Shown: positions 1 through 9,603 of the stretch, piece after piece
Layout of the letters: each line of letters opens with the position of its first letter
How positions within the stretch are numbered: position 1 is the first letter of the stretch
Origin: Methanocaldococcus jannaschii DSM 2661
GTDB taxonomy: Archaea > AGJL01 > Methanococci > Methanococcales > Methanocaldococcaceae
NCBI RefSeq assembly: GCF_000091665.1
Contig: NC_000909.1
Span: 1,116,629 to 1,148,628 of the forward strand
Length of the DNA: 32,000 bases
Reading direction: 5' to 3'
Notes under the pieces: generated by a model
The model's database searches: none
Told to the model about the DNA's origin: nothing
Seen by the model: only the letters and a program-made list of their open reading frames with translations
Translations under genes and position numbers: made by a program

Positions 1-817
1 CAGGCTTAGAGCAAGCCATTCCTTCAACAGCCACCATTCCAAAACCTTCACTTCTTGAAGGAACTACTAAAAAACTACACTTCCTCATAAATGAAGCTAC
101 TTCATCAAAACTTTTTCTTCCTAAGAGTTCAATATGGCTTAAATTATTTTTAACAACAAAGTTCTCTATTTTTTTGTATAACTTCCCATCCCCTATGAGT
201 TTAAAATTAAAATCTATATCTTTTATTGCATCTATTAAAATATCGACTCCTTTTTGTGGAACAAAAGCTCCAACAAACAATCCAAAGTTATAATCTCCCT
301 CATTGTATAGAATTTCTTTATTTACTCCGTTGTATATAACAATAGCCCTATTTTTTAAATTCTCATCTAATTGATTTTTTATATATTTACTTACACAGAT
401 GATTTTATCGGAATTAGTTGTGGCATATTTAAAAAAATATCTCCCCTTTATGGAGTTTTTTAATATTAAAGCATCACTTCCGTGAAGAGTTAATATATGT
501 GGAATAGATAGTTTATTTTTTAATAAAGCCCCAACACAACCCTGTGGAAACGCATAATGGGAATGAATTAAATCAATACCTTCACTCTCAATGATATTTT
601 TTCCTATTTTATAGGCATTTATAAGATAACTAATTCCCCTAAATTTTTTTAGGTGAGGGACGTTATGAATAATTACATTTTTATATTCGTTTTCTTCATA
701 ACTATCATAGGTTAATATATGAAACTCAATATCTTTTAAACGCTTTACCAAATTTTCTACATGTAAGGTGATTCCCCCAATATAAGGATAGTATATACTT
801 GGCATTAAAACTTTCAT
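1..817 (-). CDS. Glycosyltransferase, GT4/GT-B family (N-terminal ~272 codons; C-terminus runs off the left edge)
   Basis: Absent from the ORF track because it has no stop in the window. I scanned the minus frame (plus triplets at positions = 2 mod 3) from 817 to 2 and found no stop. Translation runs MKVLMPSIYYPYIGGITLHVENLVKRLKD ... LVVPSRSEGFGMVAVEGMACSKP; the E-x-FG ... E-x-MA block is typical of GT4 glycosyltransferases. Confidence 0.8.
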   Translation of the reverse strand, partial: MKVLMPSIYYPYIGGITLHVENLVKRLKDIEFHILTYDSYEENEYKNVIIHNVPHLKKFRGISYLINAYKIGKNIIESEGIDLIHSHYAFPQGCVGALLKNKLSIPHILTLHGSDALILKNSIKGRYFFKYATTNSDKIICVSKYIKNQLDENLKNRAIVIYNGVNKEILYNEGDYNFGLFVGAFVPQKGVDILIDAIKDIDFNFKLIGDGKLYKKIENFVVKNNLSHIELLGRKSFDEVASFMRKCSFLVVPSRSEGFGMVAVEGMACSKP

Positions 818-820
818 AAT

Positions 821-832
821 TATCACGTGATA
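821..832. promoter_or_regulatory. Perfect 12-nt palindrome TATCACGTGATA in the 17-bp gap between divergent start codons (candidate operator)
   Basis: Read directly: positions 821-832 equal their own reverse complement. The site lies between the minus-strand ATG (815-817) and the plus-strand ATG (835-837). Confidence 0.35.
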
Positions 833-834
833 CT

Positions 835-1839
835 ATGAGATTTGAGGAATTCAAATACGTTAGGAAAGGAGTTATTGTTGGATTGTTAATAATGTTGTTA
901 TATATAATTTGGCCGTTTATTGATGTCTTAGCTTATTCATGTGCCTTTGCATATATGGCTTTGCCAGTCTATAACATATTAAGAAAAAAATTTAATAAAA
1001 CCATATCAGCAGGTTTGGCAATTAGCATATATATCCTTCCAATTATGACAATTACAATTTACGCCCTACTAACGTTCATGGAAATCATACTATCTTTCAA
1101 TACTAAATCTATAGAGCCATATATTAATGAAATCCTCTCCATATATAATTCTTTTATGTTAGAAAGAATTATTAATAATGAACAAATAATTGCAAAGTAT
1201 ATTGACGAATTTATAAAATATTTGGTTAGTCAGTTTTCTGGAAAGATTATTGATGTTGGATATTTAATAGTTAAAGTAATTATGGTTTTGTTCTTAACAT
1301 TCTACTTTCTAAGAGATGGGGATAAAGCCAAAAACCTGATAATTTCATTTGTGCCTGATGAATATAAAGAAAAGATGAGAATTTATTTAAGTTATCTTCA
1401 TGACTCCTACAAAAATTTATTTATAAGCTGTGTTTCACTTTCTATAATTATAACTATCCTATCCTACATCGGATATCTTATACTTGGGGTTCCTTATGCA
1501 GAGTTATTTGCGATAATAACCGGAATATTTGCTTTATTACCAATATTGGGAGGATGGATGGTGTATATCTCAATAGCTATATATTTCTTTTTAATACATG
1601 ACTATACTAAGGCAGTTTTTATGTTTATTTATGGGGAACTCTTCCTTTCCATAGCTCCAGATTTTGTTATAAGACCTTATTTAGTTAAAAAAGAAGTAGA
1701 TATTCACCCAGTCCTTGTAGTTATTGCGTTTTTAATGGCGCCCCTTTCATTAGGACTCAGTGGATTTGCTATTGGTCCATTAGTCGTTGGGGCTTTAAAC
1801 GCCTTTTATTTGGCAAAATATAGGGATAAAAAAATCTAA
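835..1839 (+). CDS. AI-2E family transporter / PerM-like permease (UPF0118), multi-pass membrane protein
   Basis: 334-aa ORF with about 7-8 hydrophobic segments. The C-terminal region (GIFALLPILGGWMVYISIAIYFF ... DFVIRPYLV) resembles the conserved AI-2E/UPF0118 core. Confidence 0.7.
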   Translation: MRFEEFKYVRKGVIVGLLIMLLYIIWPFIDVLAYSCAFAYMALPVYNILRKKFNKTISAGLAISIYILPIMTITIYALLTFMEIILSFNTKSIEPYINEILSIYNSFMLERIINNEQIIAKYIDEFIKYLVSQFSGKIIDVGYLIVKVIMVLFLTFYFLRDGDKAKNLIISFVPDEYKEKMRIYLSYLHDSYKNLFISCVSLSIIITILSYIGYLILGVPYAELFAIITGIFALLPILGGWMVYISIAIYFFLIHDYTKAVFMFIYGELFLSIAPDFVIRPYLVKKEVDIHPVLVVIAFLMAPLSLGLSGFAIGPLVVGALNAFYLAKYRDKKI

Positions 1840-1849
1840 GAGGATAATT

Positions 1850-1891
1850 ATGAAAAAAGTAAGAGTAGTAACTGCCGGAACATTCGACATC
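1850..1891 (+). pseudogene. Displaced 5' fragment of a ribL homologue (14 codons, [14 protein letters not shown]), then interrupted
   Basis: The first 14 codons match the start of the intact ribL at 2208 ([13 protein letters not shown]). After codon 14 the frame enters a GC-rich hairpin and stops at TGA 1916-1918. It has its own SD-like GAGGA upstream. Confidence 0.7.
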
Positions 1892-2041
1892 CATAGGGGG
1901 AAACCCCTATTGGGATGAACCTTTTAGTAAAAGCTTCACCAAAACCTAACATCTCCTCGCTTACGCTCGGAGGTGTAAATTAGTAAGATTTGGGGAGTAT
2001 CCCAATAGAGGGGCGAAGCCCCTCTATGGTGTGGATACCCC
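1888..2041. repeat. GC-rich structured insert bounded by two related hairpins (MITE-like element or small structured RNA)
   Basis: Hairpin 1 (1888-1917): CATCC-ATAGGGG-GAAA-CCCCTAT-(TG)-GGATG. Hairpin 2 (1993-2041): GGG(A)GTATCC..AATAGAGGGGC-GAA-GCCCCTCTAT..GGATACCCC. Both share the core ATAG(A)GGGG/CCCC(TC)TAT. An imperfect third hairpin, CCTCG..CGGAGG, lies at about 1955-1973. The island is strongly GC-enriched relative to its flanks. Confidence 0.5.
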
Positions 2042-2054
2042 ATGTCCATTAGCT

Positions 2055-2143
2055 AATTATCAAAGTTAAATCATCTATTAAGGAATATTTAGAAGCCCAA
2101 AAGGCTTCTATAAGTGCCATATTAATTTAAAACTTTGATAATT
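2055..2143. repeat. Long-range inverted repeat (13-nt perfect arms) enclosing a GC hairpin, upstream of ribL
   Basis: AATTATCAAAGTT (2055-2067) is the exact reverse complement of AACTTTGATAATT (2131-2143). The central hairpin is AGAAGCC-CAAAA-GGCTTCT (2091-2109). A further hairpin, TTGCCCTT-TTC-AAGGGCAA, lies at 2153-2171. Confidence 0.6.
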
Positions 2144-2207
2144 GGTTATAAGTTGCCCTTTTCAAGGGCAATTAATGTCCTATTAAAAAGAAATGGTGTG
2201 AATAGTT

Positions 2208-2657
2208 ATGAAAAAGAGGGTAGTTACCGCTGGAACGTTTGATATTCTTCACCCTGGACATTATGAGATATTAAAATTTGCTAAAAGTTTAGGAGATGAG
2301 CTAATAGTTATTGTTGCGAGGGATGAAACTGTAAAGAAATTAAAAGGTAGAAAACCTATAATTCCGGAAGAACAAAGGAGGGAGATGGTTGAAGCATTAA
2401 AGCCTGTTGATAAAGCAATATTGGGAAGTTTGAAAAATAAATTAGAGCCAATATTAGAGTTAAAACCAGATATTATTGTTCTTGGTCCTGACCAGACAAC
2501 TTTTGATGAGGAAACACTAAAAAAAGAACTTGCTAAATATAATTTATATCCAGAGATTGTTAGATTTAGAGGTTATAAAAAATGTCCATTTCACAGCTCT
2601 TTTGATATTGTAAAAGAGATAATTAGGAGATTCTGCAATAAAGAGATTAAAATCTAA
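2208..2657 (+). CDS. ribL: FAD synthetase RibL (archaeal FMN adenylyltransferase, cytidylyltransferase-fold)
   Basis: 149-aa ORF. The N-terminus [14 protein letters not shown] is the nucleotidyltransferase (H/T)xGH motif. Length and sequence fit the archaeal RibL family as I remember it. SD-like GGTGTGA lies upstream. Confidence 0.85.
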   Translation: MKKRVVTAGTFDILHPGHYEILKFAKSLGDELIVIVARDETVKKLKGRKPIIPEEQRREMVEALKPVDKAILGSLKNKLEPILELKPDIIVLGPDQTTFDEETLKKELAKYNLYPEIVRFRGYKKCPFHSSFDIVKEIIRRFCNKEIKI

Positions 2658-2795
2658 TGCTTTTTTATTAAAATTTTTATAATTTATTTTCTTATCCTAT
2701 TATTATTTTCTTATAAGATAAATTATCTATAAAAAAATAAAAAATTTTATATATTGCATAGTCAAAATTTTCTTATGTTCATACTTATGTTCATA

Positions 2796-2897
2796 TAGTC
2801 AATCATCAAAATAAAAATTGTTCAACAAAGGGTATTTAAAACCCCTTTGGGGTTTTATTTGTTCCAATTTAATTAGTGAAGTTTTGATGATTGACTA
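2796..2897. repeat. 102-nt palindromic element: 16-nt perfect inverted-repeat arms plus central GC hairpin, ending just before the RBS of the next gene
   Basis: TAGTCAATCATCAAAA (2796-2811) is the exact reverse complement of TTTTGATGATTGACTA (2882-2897). The central hairpin is AAAACCCC-TTT-GGGGTTTT (2838-2856), extended by AACAAA/TTTGTT. It is preceded by the tandem repeat CTTATGTTCATA x2 (2772-2795). Confidence 0.65.
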
Positions 2898-2913
2898 ATT
2901 TTGAGGTGGTATT

Positions 2914-4049
2914 ATGAAAAAGATTTATATGTTGGTGGCTTTGCTAATCTCATCTTTGGTACTATTTGCTGGATGTGTTCAAAATGAAACTTCAGAAGTT
3001 CCAACTTTGACAGTTGCATATTTGCCAACAGACCATCATGCTTCCCTATTTGTAGCCTGTGACAATCCAGATTTATTTAAAGATAAATATGGAATATGCT
3101 TGAAAGCAGTTAAAGATAAAGAGGAATATGAGTTGTATAAAGGAAATAAAAAAATAGCTAATGTGAAAGTTGTTAAAGTTACTGAAGGTGGAGCAAGTAT
3201 AATGAACCTAATGACTCAGGGACAGGTTGATGTTGCTTTATTAGGATACCCACCAGTAATATTCTACATAGATAAGGGAACAAAGGCTAAGGTCATAATG
3301 AATTTGCATACCGAAGTTCTGCAGTTGTTGTTAGAAAGGATATTCCAGTAAATAACTGGAAAGAGTTTGTTAATTGGATAAAAGAACAACATAAAGAAGG
3401 AAAGCAGGTTAAAATAGGACATCCACTACCAACATCAATTCAATACGTTATGATAGAAGATGCTTTAAAAGCAGAAGGGATAACCTATACTGAAGACCCT
3501 AATAACAAGAGTGCTATGGTTTTGTTAGTAAATTGTAAGGGACAGGGGACAATGCCTCAAATGTTAGCTCAAAAGCAGTTGGATGCAGTTATTGCATGGG
3601 AGCCAATGCCTGAAATTATAAAAAATAAGGGTATTGGAAAAGTTATTGCCCACAGTGAAGATTTACCAAGCGCTACAGGAGGAACTTGGGCAAACCATCC
3701 ATGCTGTTGTTTAGCAGCGTCTGAAAATGCCTTAAAAAACAAAAGAGAAGCAGTTATAACATTTGCAAAACTCTTAAAGGATGCGACAGATGAAATTAAC
3801 AAAAACAGAGATTTAGCTGTTAAAGCATCTGTTAGATGGCTTGGAACAAACGAAAATGTTGAGAAAGATTCAATTGAGCATATAAAGTTTGATTATAGAT
3901 TAGAACCAGTAATACCTAAAGTCATAAAATTCGTTGAAGCAATGAAGCTCCAAGGATTAATAAATGGAAAGCTAAAAGATGCATCATCAGAAGAAGTCAA
4001 GGACATAATCTTTGACCTGCAAACTTACAATGAGATAATAAATAACTAA
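2914..4049 (+). pseudogene. Lipoprotein-type periplasmic solute-binding protein (NMT1/THI5-like, nitrate/sulfonate/bicarbonate SBP family) split by a 1-nt frameshift
   Basis: ORF 2914-3351 has a signal peptide plus lipobox (LVLFAGC) and an SBP-like N-domain. The next frame is open from 3291 and continues without a gap as ..[51 protein letters not shown] into ORF 3450-4049. One missing base near 3313-3317 (accgaag^ttctgca) would restore a single ~378-aa protein. Confidence 0.7.
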
Positions 4050-4455
4050 TCCTCTATTTTTTAATCTTTTTTACTATAGGACTTTAAGAATGAATTTATT
4101 GCTGATATAATGGATTTTAGAGTTATTCTTTTTAAACAGTCAAATATATAAACTGTGGAAGTCCTAAACTATTTATGAAAATTCTTAAAAAATTTTTAAT
4201 ATAAAAAACATTTTGAAACCCTCTATTTTCTCACCCTTATCTAGGATGCGCATATATAGATAAAAGAACTTAATAATATTATAATATCTTATAACTTCTG
4301 ACTTATAAATATTTTCATAGAAATTTATAAATATAACTATTTGTTATTTTGATATTTAATTCATATGTCAATTTTTGAAATGATTTATTTTTATTATAGT
4401 AAAATATATGAAATCTTAATTTTAAATCTGTTGTATTGGTTTAAGGGTGTGATTT

Positions 4456-5556
4456 ATGCAAGTATGTATTATTGGAGCGGGATTGTCAGGATCTATATTG
4501 TACAGATTACTTTCGGAAGACGGTTTTTACATAAATATTTATGACCATGTATTAGTTAGAGGCTGCAAAAGTATGAATTTTATATTTTCCAATAAAAATG
4601 AGATTTTAACAGTAAAAAAAGTTTTAAAAACGGTAAATATAAACATTAAAGATTATATAATTAGAGAGATAAAGGAAGTAAATATTGGTGGAGATAACTA
4701 CTATCCTAATAAAAAAATTTATGTCATAAATAAATCCAAACTAATTGAAGACTTGGTTCCAAGAACAGTAGTTACAAATAGAGAATTTAATCCAGTCATA
4801 AGGAGGTATACAACAAAAGTTATTGATACTGGAGTTATAGTGAGAGAATTTAATACTGAAGCTGAAACTAAATTTTATGATTTGGTCGTTGATGCTTCTG
4901 GATGTGCTAAAGTACTTCAATTAGGCAATGTGTATGATAAATATAAAAATGATATTAAAACCTGTCAATTTTTAATAGCCTATGAAAATGAAGAATCTCC
5001 AGAAAAATTTGATAAATTCTTTATTGATGAAATAAAGATACATAAAGGAAAACCTATGATTGGTTATACTTGGATAACTCCTATAGACGATGGACTATAT
5101 CATGTTGGATGTGCATACTATAAAAACGACCATGAGTTATGGACATACCTCACAAAATACACTAAAAAAATGTTTGGTAGTGATTACGTTAGAGTCTGTG
5201 GATGTACATCAAAAATAAATGGAAATTTAATTTCTGAGAGTTTTATTGGAGGAATATACGAGAAGAGGTGTGTTGCAGGCGTTGGAGAAAGTATAGGTTT
5301 AACAACACCTTTAGGACATGGGAATATATATGCAATTATTTCTGCGTATATCTTATCAAGATTTATAAAAAAATATGACCTGAATGAAGCAGTATTAAAA
5401 TACAAAGACTATATCCCAAAAAAATTTGCTGAATTAGATAAAGAAAAGAAAGCTGTGAGAAATTTTAATGTGTTAAGGATTACAAAACTACTAAGAGATT
5501 ACTATAACATTCCAGCTCATGAATCTATGAAAATTATCCTTAAATCTCTCTACTAA
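4456..5556 (+). CDS. FAD/NAD(P)-binding oxidoreductase, geranylgeranyl-reductase-like flavoprotein family
   Basis: 366-aa ORF with an N-terminal Rossmann dinucleotide motif (VCIIGAGLSGSILYRLL). Later blocks DLVVDASG, GYTWITPIDDGLYHVG and VAGVGESIGLTTPLGHGNIYA resemble the GGR/FixC family signature positions. Confidence 0.6.
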   Translation: MQVCIIGAGLSGSILYRLLSEDGFYINIYDHVLVRGCKSMNFIFSNKNEILTVKKVLKTVNINIKDYIIREIKEVNIGGDNYYPNKKIYVINKSKLIEDLVPRTVVTNREFNPVIRRYTTKVIDTGVIVREFNTEAETKFYDLVVDASGCAKVLQLGNVYDKYKNDIKTCQFLIAYENEESPEKFDKFFIDEIKIHKGKPMIGYTWITPIDDGLYHVGCAYYKNDHELWTYLTKYTKKMFGSDYVRVCGCTSKINGNLISESFIGGIYEKRCVAGVGESIGLTTPLGHGNIYAIISAYILSRFIKKYDLNEAVLKYKDYIPKKFAELDKEKKAVRNFNVLRITKLLRDYYNIPAHESMKIILKSLY

Positions 5557-5568
5557 TTGGGTGATATC

Positions 5569-6042
5569 ATGACATTAAAACTATTAAAAGAAGAAAATGG
5601 GCTTTCTCCAATGCTAAGAGAGTTTAGAACTTTAGTAAGAGATAGTAATATAGAGAAGGTTGCATTTGTCGGTTCTGTTGGTGTCTGCCAACCCTTTGCT
5701 GAATTATTTGGTTATGCAATACGAGATAAAGAATGTTACTTTATCCCAGATGGAGATTTAAACAAAGTTAAAAAACTTGTTATTAAAGATATAGGCATGC
5801 AGATGGAAGATTTTGAAAACTTAAATAAAGTAGATGCAATTGTTTTATTTGGTGGTTTGGCAATGCCAAAGTATGGAGTAGAAGTAGATAAAATTAAGGA
5901 ACTAATAAATAAACTATCCCCTAAAAAAGTTATTGGAGTTTGCTTTATGAGTATTTTCCAAAAAGCAGGGTGGGATAAAGAAATTGACTTTGACTATCTA
6001 ATGGACGGTTTTATTAAAGTAAGCATATATTGTAAAGATTAA
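5569..6042 (+). CDS. Conserved hypothetical protein (small alpha/beta protein), co-operonic with ribC
   Basis: The ORF track starts at TTG 5557. ATG 5569 (MTLKLLKEENG...) follows the SD GGGTGAT and is the more likely start. It abuts the upstream flavoprotein stop and ends 19 nt before ribC. Confidence 0.6.
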   Translation: MTLKLLKEENGLSPMLREFRTLVRDSNIEKVAFVGSVGVCQPFAELFGYAIRDKECYFIPDGDLNKVKKLVIKDIGMQMEDFENLNKVDAIVLFGGLAMPKYGVEVDKIKELINKLSPKKVIGVCFMSIFQKAGWDKEIDFDYLMDGFIKVSIYCKD

Positions 6043-6052
6043 AGATTAATAA

Positions 6053-6532
<480 letters not shown>

Positions 6533-8401
6533 TTAACTAATTCTCCAATCAATACCCAATAACTCAGAGTATTTATTTAAAACTCTTTTTACATACTCAT
6601 CTACATTTTCTTTATTTTCAAATTTTTTAGTCCATTCCTCATTACCAAACTCCTTAGCCATTGCAATAATCAAATCTTTAACCCTCTCACTCTCAATTTT
6701 TGCAGGATATCCAATTTTTTTGTTATATTCGCAAATCTCTCTATAAAGATTTATTGAATCCTCTACAATATCTTCTATACCTAAAAGTTCTTTAACCAGT
6801 TCTTTTAATACTGGTTTTAACCACTTTCTGTGGAATCTACAAATACCAAGGTTTTCTATTGGTAATTCTAATTTTATACTTTCTACAACCAACTCAGCTA
6901 ATTTTTCTGGCTCATTAAATTCTGGTTTGTAGTAAGTTAAATATCTTCCCTGAATAACAAATGGCATAAAAAATCCAGGAGTCCAATAGAGATTTGGGGC
7001 TATCTCTCCCCAATCCCCAAATGGAACATAAACTGCAAAGTCATTAAATTTTTTGCCAATCTTATTAACTCTACTTTTAAATCTCTCATTTAATATCTTA
7101 GCTGCCTTTCTCTTTCCCAATGATAAAATTTTATATAAATCATTTGAGTTCTCTGCTAAGTTATGCATAAACTTTATAGCTTGTTCGGCATTATGTTTTG
7201 ATATTTCTCTAATCTCTTCATCATCGTCATTAGTTATTTTTTTATAGTCAAATATTGGCTTTTTTATATTTAGCTCCTCCTCCTTCAACAAACCAACATC
7301 TAAAAGCTCAAAAACCCAAGCAGTTAGATTTCCAATCTCTATTGCATCAAACCCCAATGCATCAGCTGTTTTAACAACCCTATCCGCTTCATATAAATCA
7401 AATATTCCCAATAAAGTTCCATTTGATGCATACGGCTCATAATCCACTTTGTTTTTATTTCTATACTTTTTACATAAAACAGGACATGGTTCTCCACAAT
7501 TAGCCCATCTTTTTGGCTCAATAGTTTCTTTATTAAATATTTCAAGATAAAATTTAAGTATTTTTTCTAAAATCTTTTTTCTATCCTCTTTATCTATATA
7601 TGGCATTCTCCAATTAAATATTGGCACTTTCTCTTTATACAAAAGCCAATTGTTTCCAAACGTTCCTCCAGTTTTTGTTTCTTCATCATACCTATACTTT
7701 TTTGTATGCTCTAAAACAACCTTACTCATTGGTTTTTTGTAATAGCTTTCAATAATCTTTTTAGCTTTCTCTTTTTCCTCTTTATCTTCCTTTTCATCTC
7801 CAAAAAACACTATTCCCATTATGTTATGGGCTCTATAGAGAACAGAACCTCCTCCCCCCCTCGCTGCCCAATCCTCTGAACCCTCAACAAATTTACCATT
7901 TCTAACTGTTTGAGAAAATAAACCTCCCATATTTGTTCTCTTTGCCGCTTCACCAACAACAACACTCCTCAAATTTTTGTCTTTGTATAATTCAAGAATA
8001 TATTTGCTAACTTCATAAACGGTTTTAAGTTCCTCTTTAACCTCAATAAAATCTATTCTCAATTGTCCATCGTTTTCAATTACCAATATGGATGGATTTT
8101 CACATCTTCCAATAATTGCCACATTGTTTAATCCAGTGCTTTTGAATTGATATCCTGCCCCTCCCATCGATGAAAAATAAAAACCATCCCAGAGAGGAGA
8201 CCTAAAAGAAAATATCAACCTATGTCCTCCTATAACTGGTAAAACTCCACTACCAAAGCAAAAAACGTTTTTTTCATCATAGGCATCGTACTTCCATGTT
8301 TCAAATTTATTATGCCAATACAATCCCCAAGTTATTGGTAAAACAGTTTTCTCAATGATTTCAAATTTTTTTGTCGTTGCATTTATTAAAGCATTTTTCA
8401 T
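6533..8401 (-). CDS. gor: Aldehyde:ferredoxin oxidoreductase family enzyme, glyceraldehyde-3-phosphate:ferredoxin oxidoreductase (GAPOR)-like tungsto/molybdopterin protein
   Basis: 622-aa ORF. The N-terminal domain (..FCFGSGVLPVIGGHRLIFSFRSPLWDGFYFSSMGGAGYQF..) and the overall length are typical of the GAPOR branch of the AOR family. Confidence 0.8.
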   Translation of the reverse strand: MKNALINATTKKFEIIEKTVLPITWGLYWHNKFETWKYDAYDEKNVFCFGSGVLPVIGGHRLIFSFRSPLWDGFYFSSMGGAGYQFKSTGLNNVAIIGRCENPSILVIENDGQLRIDFIEVKEELKTVYEVSKYILELYKDKNLRSVVVGEAAKRTNMGGLFSQTVRNGKFVEGSEDWAARGGGGSVLYRAHNIMGIVFFGDEKEDKEEKEKAKKIIESYYKKPMSKVVLEHTKKYRYDEETKTGGTFGNNWLLYKEKVPIFNWRMPYIDKEDRKKILEKILKFYLEIFNKETIEPKRWANCGEPCPVLCKKYRNKNKVDYEPYASNGTLLGIFDLYEADRVVKTADALGFDAIEIGNLTAWVFELLDVGLLKEEELNIKKPIFDYKKITNDDDEEIREISKHNAEQAIKFMHNLAENSNDLYKILSLGKRKAAKILNERFKSRVNKIGKKFNDFAVYVPFGDWGEIAPNLYWTPGFFMPFVIQGRYLTYYKPEFNEPEKLAELVVESIKLELPIENLGICRFHRKWLKPVLKELVKELLGIEDIVEDSINLYREICEYNKKIGYPAKIESERVKDLIIAMAKEFGNEEWTKKFENKENVDEYVKRVLNKYSELLGIDWRIS

Positions 8402-8562
8402 AATCCCCCAACCATTATTTTTTTGATTTTATTATGTTAATTTTTATTTTTGGATTTTTGATATTTTATAGATTTTGTTAATCACTATTGATGAATATAA
8501 TATTTAAATATGAAATCAATTATCTTTACTTTTTGAAAATCTATTAAAAAAGGTGAATATAG

Positions 8563-9603
<1,041 letters not shown>

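Noticed and set aside
1850-1918. The 22-codon ORF ([22 protein letters not shown]) as a genuine leader peptide or small protein.
   Set aside because: Its first 14 codons are a ribL start fragment, and the remainder is read-through into a hairpin element. It is more parsimoniously a gene remnant, although translation from its intact SD cannot be excluded.
2772-2795. Tandem 12-mer CTTATGTTCATA x2 and the other short repeats as a possible CRISPR array.
   Set aside because: There are only two units with no spacers, the units are far shorter than CRISPR repeats, and no cas genes are in the window.
4050-4455. 406-bp AT-rich spacer with short inverted repeats (TAGGACTT 4077-4084 / AAGTCCTA about 80 nt apart) and TTATAAATAT repeats, as a possible hidden element or small gene.
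   Set aside because: The repeats are only 8-10 nt of low-complexity sequence, which is expected by chance at this AT content. No ORF with an RBS and no GC-rich structured island is present.
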